Assembly: GCA_002716355.1 (NCBI GenBank)
Contig: PBAU01000003.1
Span: forward strand, 270,001-302,000
Source of the DNA: a bacterium
GTDB taxonomy: Bacteria; UBP7; UBA6624
Length of the DNA stretch: 32,000 bases
Reading direction: 5' to 3'
The first letter of the stretch is position 1. Each line of letters starts with the position of its first letter. Below the pieces are notes generated by a model. The model was not told where the DNA came from. It did no database searches and saw nothing but the letters and a program-made list of their open reading frames with translations. Positions 9,710-18,032 of the stretch are shown piece by piece. Position numbers and translations under genes: made by a program.

Positions 9710-9739
9710 TGTTGATAAAAAAATCATAATACAAAGTCT

Positions 9740-12418
9740 ATGCTAATAAAAACACTAATAATATTATTTTTCTTACCCTCTCTGTTCCTGAAAGATCCTT
9801 GTGTGAAAATTGGAACCACCGGTGCAAAGTGGAATATGAAAAAAAATTGCTATACTGTTACTCTTTCCAAAGAAAAAATCATCAATGAGCCGAGAGGGAT
9901 AGATGGGATAATATGGGTAGATGAATGGGATGTAATTGGCCCATTTCCAAGCGGATCGAGAGAGCTTGGCATGGATCCTTTTTTATCCTTCGATGATATA
10001 TATAAAGAAGAATTTGACTTTACAAAAACCTACCCCAGCGAACTGGCAGACGGAGGCATGATATCCTGGAGAAAAATTAAATCAAAAAATGATGGTTGGG
10101 TTAATGTCTCGTTCCCAAATACAAGATGGGAACCACTTCAGGATCATCATGGATGGGCTGGAATACTATTTAAAGGATGGGCAATGGGTAATTTTTTTGT
10201 TGAAGAATCGGGAAAATACCTAGCACAATGCCTATCGACATCTAAATTTTTAATTGACAATCGAATTATCAATGGCGACATTTATGCAGATGGGTATGGA
10301 TGGTTTCTTGTTGACCTGAAACAAGGAAAACATTCAATAAAGGTGCCTTTAAGTGGCTTTGAATCAGATTCTTTTAAGTGCCATTTCAAAAAAGCAAATG
10401 ATAATTTTTTTATATTACCCGGAGACACCATTGTTCCTGATTTTCTTGAAGGTGAACTTGTTTCAAGTTATTTATCAGTACCAATCATAAACACCTCTAA
10501 TAATTGGATAAATGAAATAAAAATAGATATAAAAAAACCACTAGAAGCAAAAAGCAACACTTTAAAGGTGAAAATAGCTCCTGGTCAAGTTTATCCAATC
10601 GTAATCACATTAAAAGAGACAGCTAACCATTCAGGATACTGCCCTTTAGAATCAACAATTAAAATTTCAACAAACAATGAAGATCAGCAAGATCACAATT
10701 TCCATATAAGATGTAGAAAAATAGAGCAATCTTTTCGATATACGTTTATAGGTCAAGATGGAAGCGTTCAATACGCATCCGCAAGAGCTCCACTTAAAGA
10801 ATGTGAAGAAGACTATATGAATGATCAAATTCTTAAATTTTCATGCCCTGTAATACTCACCACACACGGAGCTGGCGTAAAAGCAGAAAGCCAAGCAGAG
10901 GCATACTCTTCAAAAGAAAATGCTTGGATTTTAGCGCCTACAGGAAGAAGAAGATTTGGATATGATTGGGAAGGCCCTGGAAGAATTAACGCAATGAAGG
11001 CATTAAACGCATTGCCAACACATATCGAAGCATTAACCAAAAGGAAGCATGACCCTTACAGGGTTATCTTTACAGGTCATTCAATGGGAGGGCATGGCGC
11101 CTGGAGCCTTTCTCTGCGCTATCCTGATAGAGCGATTGCTTCTGCTCCTGCTGCCGGATGGATCAAGTTCCAGCATTATGTTTCTTATTTCCTTAGACCT
11201 GGAGACAGTTATATAGATCCGATATTAAAGGGAATTCTAGAAACATCAATATCGGAACATAATAATGATTTATATGTCTCAAACATGAAAGGCATTCCTG
11301 TGCTTGCAAGAGTTGGCGGAGATGATGAATCCGTTCCTCCATGGCATTTAAGAAGAATGTCCAGGATGCTATTAGAAGAAGAAGTTGATTCAAGTGTTTC
11401 TGAAATACCTGGAAAAGGCCATTGGTGGGGAGGAGTTGTAGATGATGAAGAAATGAATATTTTTTTTAATTCTCATATTCTGTCCAAACCTCAAACAACA
11501 AACAAATTCTCCATTACAGTTTTAAATACTTCATCTTTTGAATCCAAGGGAGGTATAAAACCTTTGCAATTAAATACACCTTACAGGATTGGAAAAGTGC
11601 AAGTTAATATAGAGAAAGAAATACATTATTTAGAAACTACAAACATAAAGAGCTTAAAAATACTACCAAGAGAAAAAAACATCTACACAGAAAGAATAAG
11701 TCAAATTAATATTGATGGAGAAAATTTCTCCATAGAAGGGGAATCTTATTTTTGCAAATCAGAACAATTGAAAACCTGGTATGAATGTACGAAAAAAGAA
11801 ATCGAATCCAAGCATGAAAGGATGCCAGAAAACATGGGTCCTGCAAGACAAATACTTGAAAAAGATTTTGTTATAGTATACGGATCAGCTGGAAGTCAGG
11901 AGCAAACGAAAAACAGAATGGAAAGAGCAGTCTTTATTGCAAATGATTGGTTTTTAAGAGGTAGAGGTTCTGTTGAAATTTACTCAGATAAAGAAATAAT
12001 GAATTTGAATTTACAAAATAAAAATTTAATACTTTTGGGTGGACCAAAAACTAATCTTGTTTCAAATATATTTATACAAAATAACTCTTTTATATCTTAC
12101 GAGCATCAAAAAAATACAATAAAAATAAATGAAGCTGGCATCTTTGGTGATCCAGGAACAGGCTTTCAATTTTTAACATTTTCAGAATATAAAAATAATA
12201 AAACATTAGCATTGATAATAGGTGGAATTGATGAAAAAGGTTTTTCAAACACCTTTGAAATATTTCCATTTTCATCAGGTGTAACAGTTCCTGATTTCAT
12301 GATAATAAATAACAAATTCAAATCAAAAGGATCAGCTGGCATATTGGCTGCTGGCTTTTGGTCAAATGATTGGAGCTTTAATCCAGCAATAGGATATTCC
12401 GTCAATCAAGAAAAATAA
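9740..12418 (+). CDS. Large secreted multidomain protein with a central alpha/beta-hydrolase (Ser-Asp-His) domain
   Basis: 892 aa. The N-terminus MLIKTLIILFFLPSLFL looks like a signal peptide. The central region has the nucleophile elbow GHSMGG (Ser codon at 11081-11083), then VGGDDESVP and GKGHWW as acid and His candidates. About 365 aa N-terminal and about 320 aa C-terminal flank it without a family I recognise. Confidence 0.6.
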   Translation: MLIKTLIILFFLPSLFLKDPCVKIGTTGAKWNMKKNCYTVTLSKEKIINEPRGIDGIIWVDEWDVIGPFPSGSRELGMDPFLSFDDIYKEEFDFTKTYPSELADGGMISWRKIKSKNDGWVNVSFPNTRWEPLQDHHGWAGILFKGWAMGNFFVEESGKYLAQCLSTSKFLIDNRIINGDIYADGYGWFLVDLKQGKHSIKVPLSGFESDSFKCHFKKANDNFFILPGDTIVPDFLEGELVSSYLSVPIINTSNNWINEIKIDIKKPLEAKSNTLKVKIAPGQVYPIVITLKETANHSGYCPLESTIKISTNNEDQQDHNFHIRCRKIEQSFRYTFIGQDGSVQYASARAPLKECEEDYMNDQILKFSCPVILTTHGAGVKAESQAEAYSSKENAWILAPTGRRRFGYDWEGPGRINAMKALNALPTHIEALTKRKHDPYRVIFTGHSMGGHGAWSLSLRYPDRAIASAPAAGWIKFQHYVSYFLRPGDSYIDPILKGILETSISEHNNDLYVSNMKGIPVLARVGGDDESVPPWHLRRMSRMLLEEEVDSSVSEIPGKGHWWGGVVDDEEMNIFFNSHILSKPQTTNKFSITVLNTSSFESKGGIKPLQLNTPYRIGKVQVNIEKEIHYLETTNIKSLKILPREKNIYTERISQINIDGENFSIEGESYFCKSEQLKTWYECTKKEIESKHERMPENMGPARQILEKDFVIVYGSAGSQEQTKNRMERAVFIANDWFLRGRGSVEIYSDKEIMNLNLQNKNLILLGGPKTNLVSNIFIQNNSFISYEHQKNTIKINEAGIFGDPGTGFQFLTFSEYKNNKTLALIIGGIDEKGFSNTFEIFPFSSGVTVPDFMIINNKFKSKGSAGILAAGFWSNDWSFNPAIGYSVNQEK

Positions 12419-12882
12419 AAATTTAAAATTTCCAAAGTGAATGAAATAGGAACTAATATAACGGTTAAAATGAGCGGAATCAAAACAAAATCACATCTTA
12501 AACAATTTTTTTTACTTGCCTCAACACCTTTAATTTTATTTTCTATTTCATAAGAAATTTTGGTACAAAATTTCAAACTTGCAGCTTCAATCAATATCGC
12601 AATAATAACGACAAGCAATTTGATTTTTATTGCTGAAGAAGTAATTACATAAGAAATAAAAACTGGGTTCTCAAAAAAAAGTATTATTGAGGCCAAAACA
12701 GGAACAACTGTCATTAAAAATATTTCACAACGTCTCATTGGCCCTTCGAGCCTTCTGGCTTTTTCAAAATCATCTTTTTGAATTTTTTTCACATAAGAAA
12801 ACCTATAAAAAACAAAACAAAGCCACAAAAGAGAAAATAGATTTTGAACTTGCCATAAAGCAATATTTGATGAAGACTCCAT
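12406..12882 (-). CDS. Small hypothetical integral membrane protein (about 4 TM segments)
   Basis: 158 aa with several hydrophobic stretches (LFSLLWLCFVFY, IFLMTVVPVLASIILFF, LLVVIIAILIEAA, FVLIPLILTVILVPI). The ATG overlaps the apgM-like TAA by 1 nt, and the 3' end overlaps the convergent 892-aa gene by 13 nt. No family recognised. Confidence 0.45.
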   Translation of the reverse strand: MESSSNIALWQVQNLFSLLWLCFVFYRFSYVKKIQKDDFEKARRLEGPMRRCEIFLMTVVPVLASIILFFENPVFISYVITSSAIKIKLLVVIIAILIEAASLKFCTKISYEIENKIKGVEASKKNCLRCDFVLIPLILTVILVPISFTLEILNFYFS

Positions 12883-14069
12883 TAGCTTAAATAAGTTTTC
12901 AACCTGGAGGCATTAGCAAGGACCAAAGGCATAATATCCTTTGCGTAAATTGAACCAATAGAACCTTTTTTTGCTTCAATTTCATTAAATCTCAAAAGGC
13001 TATCTCCTTGAACCTTTCCTCCATGTATCAGAATTGGAACTCTGTGCCATGAATGACCTTTATATGAACATGGAGTGCAATGGTCTCCAGTTACAACCAA
13101 AACATCGAAATTAGAATTATCCATAATTTTTCTAATAATTGAATCAGCTTCTTCTACACATAAAGTTTTTCTTTTAAAATCACCATCTTCACCGGCGGCA
13201 TCAGTATCTTTATAATGAAAGAAAACAAAATCATCTTTAGCATTTATGGTTTCTTCAATTCTTTTATCTATATCATTTGGGTATTTTTTTGCATCCATTC
13301 CTAAATATTTTGCAACACCAATATAACAAGGATAGTTTGCTACGGCCTTACAGGTGAGCAAATGCTTTCTCTCCAGTGTCGTAACTGGCCTTAAAACATC
13401 CGCTCCTCTCAACAAAACACAATTTGCTTTTTTTTCATTCTTTATTAAATCATTAGCAAACTCTACCCAAGCAGACATGACTAACCTTGATCTTCTTAAG
13501 CTGCTTTCCACTGAAGGGAAAAAAGGTTCTACATTTGTTTCTCCGGAGTCATTTCCTGGCAAAGGACCGTTCAAGCCCTCTCCTTTAAAAACCACAGAAA
13601 ACCTATGTCCTTTTCCTTGAACAACCTCAACAGAGCAACCTTCTACTTGAATTTTTGAAATTTTATTCAAAATCCCTGAAGCTTCACTTGTTCCTATTCT
13701 TCCAGCCCTTCTATCAATAATTTTTCCATTTTCAGAAAAAGCTAGATTCCCTCTAACAGCTAAATCGCCTGGAGAAAGGTTGAAACCTAAACCAAGGGCC
13801 TCAAAAACTCCACGTCCTACAGGGTTCCTCAAAGGGTCGAAACCAAAAAGAGCCATATGTGCCATTTCAGAACCTGGAGTAATGCCTTCATCAATTGGAA
13901 GATGCATGCCCATAGAGCTTTTTGGTGAAATCGAATCAAGATATGGAGTTTTTGCTTCTGTTAATGGAGTTTTGAAATTCTTATCAGGAATATCTCCAAC
14001 TCCATCAATAACAAAAAATAAAATACGTCCACCGTTTGTTGACAACTGATTCCAATCCAAACTCATCAA
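12882..14069 (-). CDS. apgM: Cofactor-independent phosphoglycerate mutase, archaeal ApgM-type metalloenzyme family (specific function uncertain)
   Basis: Motifs FVIDGVGD, VVTGDHCTP and HRVPILIHG match the alkaline-phosphatase-superfamily ApgM family. The track start at 14069 is TTG, and an ATG follows at 14066. The same family includes members that have been proposed to be non-orthologous homoserine kinases. Confidence 0.75.
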   Translation of the reverse strand: MMSLDWNQLSTNGGRILFFVIDGVGDIPDKNFKTPLTEAKTPYLDSISPKSSMGMHLPIDEGITPGSEMAHMALFGFDPLRNPVGRGVFEALGLGFNLSPGDLAVRGNLAFSENGKIIDRRAGRIGTSEASGILNKISKIQVEGCSVEVVQGKGHRFSVVFKGEGLNGPLPGNDSGETNVEPFFPSVESSLRRSRLVMSAWVEFANDLIKNEKKANCVLLRGADVLRPVTTLERKHLLTCKAVANYPCYIGVAKYLGMDAKKYPNDIDKRIEETINAKDDFVFFHYKDTDAAGEDGDFKRKTLCVEEADSIIRKIMDNSNFDVLVVTGDHCTPCSYKGHSWHRVPILIHGGKVQGDSLLRFNEIEAKKGSIGSIYAKDIMPLVLANASRLKTYLS

Positions 14070-14321
14070 TTACTCAAAATACTTTCTATTTATCTCTATA
14101 TAACCGCTCCATTCATCAGGGAGGTCCTCTTCAGGAAAAATAGCTTCAACTGGGCAGACAGAAACGCAAGCACCACAATCAATACATGTATCAGGATCGA
14201 TATAACATTGATTCTCACCCTCATCATCCTCTTCCCTTGGATGTATACAGTCAACAGGGCAAGCATCAATACAGGCTCTATCCTTCTCTCCTATACAGGG
14301 TTCAGCAATGACATGGGGCAT
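14070..14321 (-). CDS. fdxA: 7Fe ferredoxin ([3Fe-4S][4Fe-4S], FdxA type)
   Basis: 83 aa. The pattern MPHVIAEPCIGEKDRACIDACPVDCIH ... YIDPDTCIDCGACVSVCPVEAIF is the Cx7Cx3CP plus CxxCxxCx3CP arrangement of FdxA-type ferredoxins. Confidence 0.9.
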   Translation of the reverse strand: MPHVIAEPCIGEKDRACIDACPVDCIHPREEDDEGENQCYIDPDTCIDCGACVSVCPVEAIFPEEDLPDEWSGYIEINRKYFE

Positions 14322-14890
14322 TATGAAAAGGAGCTTCCGCTACCGCAGCCGCAACCACCACTTTTAGCACTATTTGGATTCGAAAGCTTCAAACCGGCAC
14401 CTTGAACACTCATTACATAATCCATCCTTGTGCCTTTTATCTTCGGTAAAGAATCTGGGCCTATCCCTATCCTTAAACCATGTTGCTCCACTAAATGAGC
14501 ATCATTAGAAAAATCTTTAACAAATTTAAAATGATACTCAAAACTGCAATTACAGTTAACGCTTACTTCAATCTGCAATCCAAGATATTCGGGATCCTCT
14601 TCGCTCATAGTTTCCAAAATAACTTTAGCAGCTCTTTCAGTAACAACAAAAACCGCATCTTTCATTTCTGATATCATCAAATTAATTTCTTCTAAAATTT
14701 CATCAAGTTCCTCTTTTTTTCTGCCATGGCCTAAAACTCCTTGCTCTAAGGTTTCATAACTTGAAACACCACATCCAACACAATTAATGCCCTTGGATTT
14801 CAAAGCATCTGCAGCATAAGGGAATTTGTCAATAATAGCTGAAATCGTCATATCTTTTGTAACAGCATTTTCAATATCTATAGAACTCAT
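14321..14890 (-). CDS. Fusion protein: N-terminal DUF1858-like (hybrid-cluster-protein-associated redox disulfide) domain plus C-terminal HesB/IscA-type Fe-S carrier
   Basis: The N-terminus MTISAIIDKFPYAADALKSKGINCVGCGVSSYETLEQG carries a CxxC. The C-terminus has the IscA-type cysteines NCNCSFEY and the terminal GGCGCGSGSSF. A GGAGG Shine-Dalgarno motif lies 4 nt upstream of the ATG. Confidence 0.7.
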   Translation of the reverse strand: MSSIDIENAVTKDMTISAIIDKFPYAADALKSKGINCVGCGVSSYETLEQGVLGHGRKKEELDEILEEINLMISEMKDAVFVVTERAAKVILETMSEEDPEYLGLQIEVSVNCNCSFEYHFKFVKDFSNDAHLVEQHGLRIGIGPDSLPKIKGTRMDYVMSVQGAGLKLSNPNSAKSGGCGCGSGSSFS

Positions 14891-14894
14891 AAAA

Positions 14895-14899
14895 CCTCC
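14895..14899 (-). promoter_or_regulatory. Shine-Dalgarno GGAGG for the DUF1858-IscA gene
   Basis: The reverse complement of 14888-14899 reads GGAGGTTTTATG. Confidence 0.5.
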
Positions 14900-14923
14900 A
14901 AATAAATCAATCTTAGTCTTATT

Positions 14924-17077
14924 CTAAATCTTAAAAAACAGAAAAAGACAAAATAACAACAATGTAGAAAGGCTTAAATAAAAAACATAAGGATAACCAG
15001 GCAACACATACTCATACGTTCCAAGTGATTTTGGTAGTCCCAAAAAAGCATGCCCTACCCTTGGCAATTCTTTCCCTGCTGGATTAGAGCTCCAGCCGGG
15101 ATACCACCAAATTGAATTAAAAACTATACCTTCAGAAAAACCATCATGACTTATGTCTATAAAATCGTTTAGATTGCTAGTAAAAAGCTTAGAGAGCAAA
15201 ATGACCCTATTGTCTTCTGATGACTGGATCAACTTATCTTCAGAGAAGAAAAACGTCTCTTTCGGTTCTAGTATTTCTCTTTTATATCTATAAAAAATTT
15301 CTCCCGCAATAAAATGTTCCTCTGGAGAAAAATCAATATCTAATTTTGTCCTAGACCAAATCTCGCTAAGTTTGATCAAGTCCGAAATTGTTGGATTCTC
15401 TAAGCCTGTCGAAGGTATGAAAAAGTCTTGAAATTCAACAGCCCAAACAGATTGCAATGGTGAATTTAGCTGAAACCTAACAGGTTTATGCGCGCAATTA
15501 GAAAAAATTGGATCGTCCCATAAGTATCCATTGGGGCTGCCAACATAAGCAGCAAAAGGTTTTTTCATGTCTATACTTTCTTGCTTCAGGTTTTCTGAAT
15601 ATGTATCAATAAACCAAACTGATGTACCGACTTCAGGGCAATCACTATTCGAAATGAAACTAATCTCATTCTCAGGAAAATATTCATAAAACCTAACATT
15701 CCAACGCCAAAATATACCTATAAATGTTTCCAGGATTAAAAAAACACCTAAGTAAAGATGAAGATTTTTCTGTTTATTTTTCATTACCAATATTAACAAA
15801 AAGATCAATGGCAGAACCAAATTTAAACTAAATTTAAAAAATGTAAATCTCGACCAATCAAAAAATAAATTCTGGACATCCTCTGAACCTTGCATGAAAA
15901 TAAAGATAAGAAAAAAGAAAAAAAAAGAAAAAATTGCCTGTTTGGGATTAAATTTGAAATGATTCTTCTTAAGAAGTTCAGCAATATACAAGCAAAAAAA
16001 GAATAAAACTCCAAGCATAAACCTATGAAAATCTCTAAACAAACCTAAAAAAGGAATAATCTTTACAAGCATTCCATAGCCCGGACCCCAAGAAAAGAAC
16101 AAAGAGAGCAAAATCCCGAACAGATAAATATTCCTTATTGAACTTGATTTGAAACTAAAAAATAAATAAAGTAAAAATATTGGAAACAGAATAGAGAGGT
16201 AAGATGAAGCAACCGGATCATAAGAAGCAATATCATCCAAGCCAAGCAAAGGAAAAAACCCATTTAAAATTGTTTTTAAATCAATTCCGCCTTGAGTTCC
16301 CCAAAAAAAATTCTCCCTTACTGAAGTGCCCGATAACGAAAAAGTCGCAAAAATTTGAGGTATTGCTATAAGGAAGGAAATAAAAATGCAAGAGGAAAAG
16401 ATTAAAAAAAGTCTTTTAAAAAAAGGCCCTCTAAAACCAAATAAATACACAAAAGCAATAAAGATTATTATTACGCTACCTTGAATCTGACCTGCTAAAA
16501 ATGAAGAAACAAAAGCCAAAACCAACCAAAAAATTTCCTTTTTTGGGAATTTTCTTTTTGATATATTCTCAAAAATTTCATCAATAAGAATGATTATCCA
16601 TGGGAGAATGGCGCTAGATAAAACCAAATTAATATTTGTAGATTGCGATTGGTGAAATCCATAATTGCAAAAAATTAAAGTTGGAATCCAAACAGCCCAA
16701 CCTCTGCAACCTTTCAAACGCAAAAGGCTCATCATTCCATAGCACATGATTAAATTTGCAAGAATTAACAAAAAAACATATTCGCCAGCGATAGCCAAAA
16801 CATCACTTGAGTCTGGCCATGGAGGCAACAGGTAAACCAACCAACGTAAAGGATGGAAGAAGCCAATTTGACCTTCGGCAATCAATGGAAATGAACCATT
16901 TAAAGAACTTACACCCCAAGAAAAACTTTCTACCTGCTGATAAAAAACCCTTGTGAAGGCCAATCCAAACTCAAGATCGTCACCATTTAATGGGTACCTG
17001 TTGAAAAAAAAGGGGAAGTGTTGAATTGCAACAAGCCCTAAACTTAACCAAAAATCTTTTAAATTAAATTTTTGCAT
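14924..17077 (-). CDS. Large polytopic membrane protein, putative GT-C-fold glycosyltransferase (YfhO-like)
   Basis: About 717 aa with more than 10 hydrophobic helices, then a soluble C-terminal region of about 230 aa and a terminal TM. An acidic pair (NGDDLEF) sits in the first predicted extracytoplasmic loop, as in GT-C enzymes. The track start at 17116 overlaps the upstream gene by 53 nt. ATG 17077 is preceded by AGAGGA (17083-17088) with a spacer of about 6 nt, so I prefer it. Confidence 0.5.
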   Translation of the reverse strand: MQKFNLKDFWLSLGLVAIQHFPFFFNRYPLNGDDLEFGLAFTRVFYQQVESFSWGVSSLNGSFPLIAEGQIGFFHPLRWLVYLLPPWPDSSDVLAIAGEYVFLLILANLIMCYGMMSLLRLKGCRGWAVWIPTLIFCNYGFHQSQSTNINLVLSSAILPWIIILIDEIFENISKRKFPKKEIFWLVLAFVSSFLAGQIQGSVIIIFIAFVYLFGFRGPFFKRLFLIFSSCIFISFLIAIPQIFATFSLSGTSVRENFFWGTQGGIDLKTILNGFFPLLGLDDIASYDPVASSYLSILFPIFLLYLFFSFKSSSIRNIYLFGILLSLFFSWGPGYGMLVKIIPFLGLFRDFHRFMLGVLFFFCLYIAELLKKNHFKFNPKQAIFSFFFFFLIFIFMQGSEDVQNLFFDWSRFTFFKFSLNLVLPLIFLLILVMKNKQKNLHLYLGVFLILETFIGIFWRWNVRFYEYFPENEISFISNSDCPEVGTSVWFIDTYSENLKQESIDMKKPFAAYVGSPNGYLWDDPIFSNCAHKPVRFQLNSPLQSVWAVEFQDFFIPSTGLENPTISDLIKLSEIWSRTKLDIDFSPEEHFIAGEIFYRYKREILEPKETFFFSEDKLIQSSEDNRVILLSKLFTSNLNDFIDISHDGFSEGIVFNSIWWYPGWSSNPAGKELPRVGHAFLGLPKSLGTYEYVLPGYPYVFYLSLSTLLLFCLFLFFKI

Positions 17078-18032
17078 AAATATCCTCTGCAATTGGCTTT
17101 CCGTGCAGTCTTCCATTTTCTATAAAAACTCTATGGTTGTTCATGCCTTCAACCAAAGCTCCACCAACATAAATGCCCTTTAATTCAGTTTCATAAGTTT
17201 TAATGTTGTGTTTTGGAATCTGAAGATCTCCTTCCAACCTTAAACCACAACCGTTTATTAGAAATTTTTTATCTGGCCTATATCCTGTTAGCAAAAAACA
17301 ATGGTCAAAATCAAAATTAAAAATTAATGAATTTTGAACTTTGAATGAAGCATAGGAGTTTTCTAATGAAGTCAACCTTGAATCACCCAATAAAGTTATT
17401 TTTTTTGAGTTTATTGAATTCAAAAAATCAGGATATATCCATTTTTTAATTCTTGAAGGGTTTGGACTTGACCGCCTGCAACTTAACAATACATTGTTAT
17501 TTTTGCTCAAATCTAAAGCTGCCTCTACTGCAGAATTGCCTGCGCCAACTATTAATACATTTTTATTTTTAATCAAGCTTGATCCTGAAAAATAGTGACT
17601 CACATTGGAGCTATCCTCACCAGGAACGTTTAAATAATTTGGATTTGAATATATCCCAGTTGTCAAAACAACTTTTCTTGCATGGATTTTTTGACCATCT
17701 TTAAGTGATAAAGTAAAATCATTGTCTTCGCCAGAAACGCTTTCCACTTCTGAAAAATTTAAAATATTTAAATTATGCCTAGCTGCAAAAGATTCATAAT
17801 AATCACAAGCTTCTTTCAGGGTTGGATTAGAACCATTCTTGGACTTCATTTCAAATCCATCTAAAGTTAACTTCTCTGAAGTTGAAAAGAAAATCATATC
17901 TTTAGGGTAACTTCTTATATGGTTACAAGTATCACCTTTATCAAGACCTACAACCTTTAATGAATATTTGCTCAATTGATACAAAACCGAAAGCCCATTC
18001 GGACCCATCCCTACAACAACAACATCAAACAT
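17064..18032 (-). CDS. ypdA: FAD/NAD(P)-dependent disulfide oxidoreductase, YpdA family (putative bacillithiol disulfide reductase-like)
   Basis: An N-terminal Rossmann motif VVVVGMGPNG and a second one LIVGAGNSAVEAALDL. Family-typical stretches are FFSTSEKL, NPNYLNVPGED..VSHYF, IKKWIYPDF and FIENGRLHG. The ATG overlaps the SNF2 TAA by 1 nt. Confidence 0.7.
   Translation of the reverse strand: MFDVVVVGMGPNGLSVLYQLSKYSLKVVGLDKGDTCNHIRSYPKDMIFFSTSEKLTLDGFEMKSKNGSNPTLKEACDYYESFAARHNLNILNFSEVESVSGEDNDFTLSLKDGQKIHARKVVLTTGIYSNPNYLNVPGEDSSNVSHYFSGSSLIKNKNVLIVGAGNSAVEAALDLSKNNNVLLSCRRSSPNPSRIKKWIYPDFLNSINSKKITLLGDSRLTSLENSYASFKVQNSLIFNFDFDHCFLLTGYRPDKKFLINGCGLRLEGDLQIPKHNIKTYETELKGIYVGGALVEGMNNHRVFIENGRLHGKPIAEDIYAKI
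17083..17088 (-). promoter_or_regulatory. Shine-Dalgarno-like AGAGGA upstream of the internal ATG (17077) of the membrane protein gene
   Basis: The reverse complement of 17075-17090 reads GCAGAGGATATTTATG. It lies inside the 3' end of the ypdA-like gene. Confidence 0.4.

Noticed and set aside
15911-15933. Long homopolymeric A/T runs (A8-A9) inside coding sequence, here and at 22078-22098 and 29514-22, i.e. 29514-29522. I considered them as slippage-prone sites or hidden frameshifts, as described in some reduced endosymbiont genomes.
   Set aside because: All the affected ORFs stay in frame through the tracts and encode plausible Lys- or Phe-rich segments. There is no evidence of disruption, and the tracts are just a consequence of AT bias.
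17064-17116. A 53-nt same-strand overlap between the ypdA-like gene and the membrane protein ORF, which I considered as a possible frameshift, fusion or pseudogene junction.
   Set aside because: An in-frame ATG at 17077 preceded by AGAGGA gives a conventional 14-nt overlap. The extra 13 N-terminal residues (MEDCTESQLQRIF) are probably ORF over-extension.
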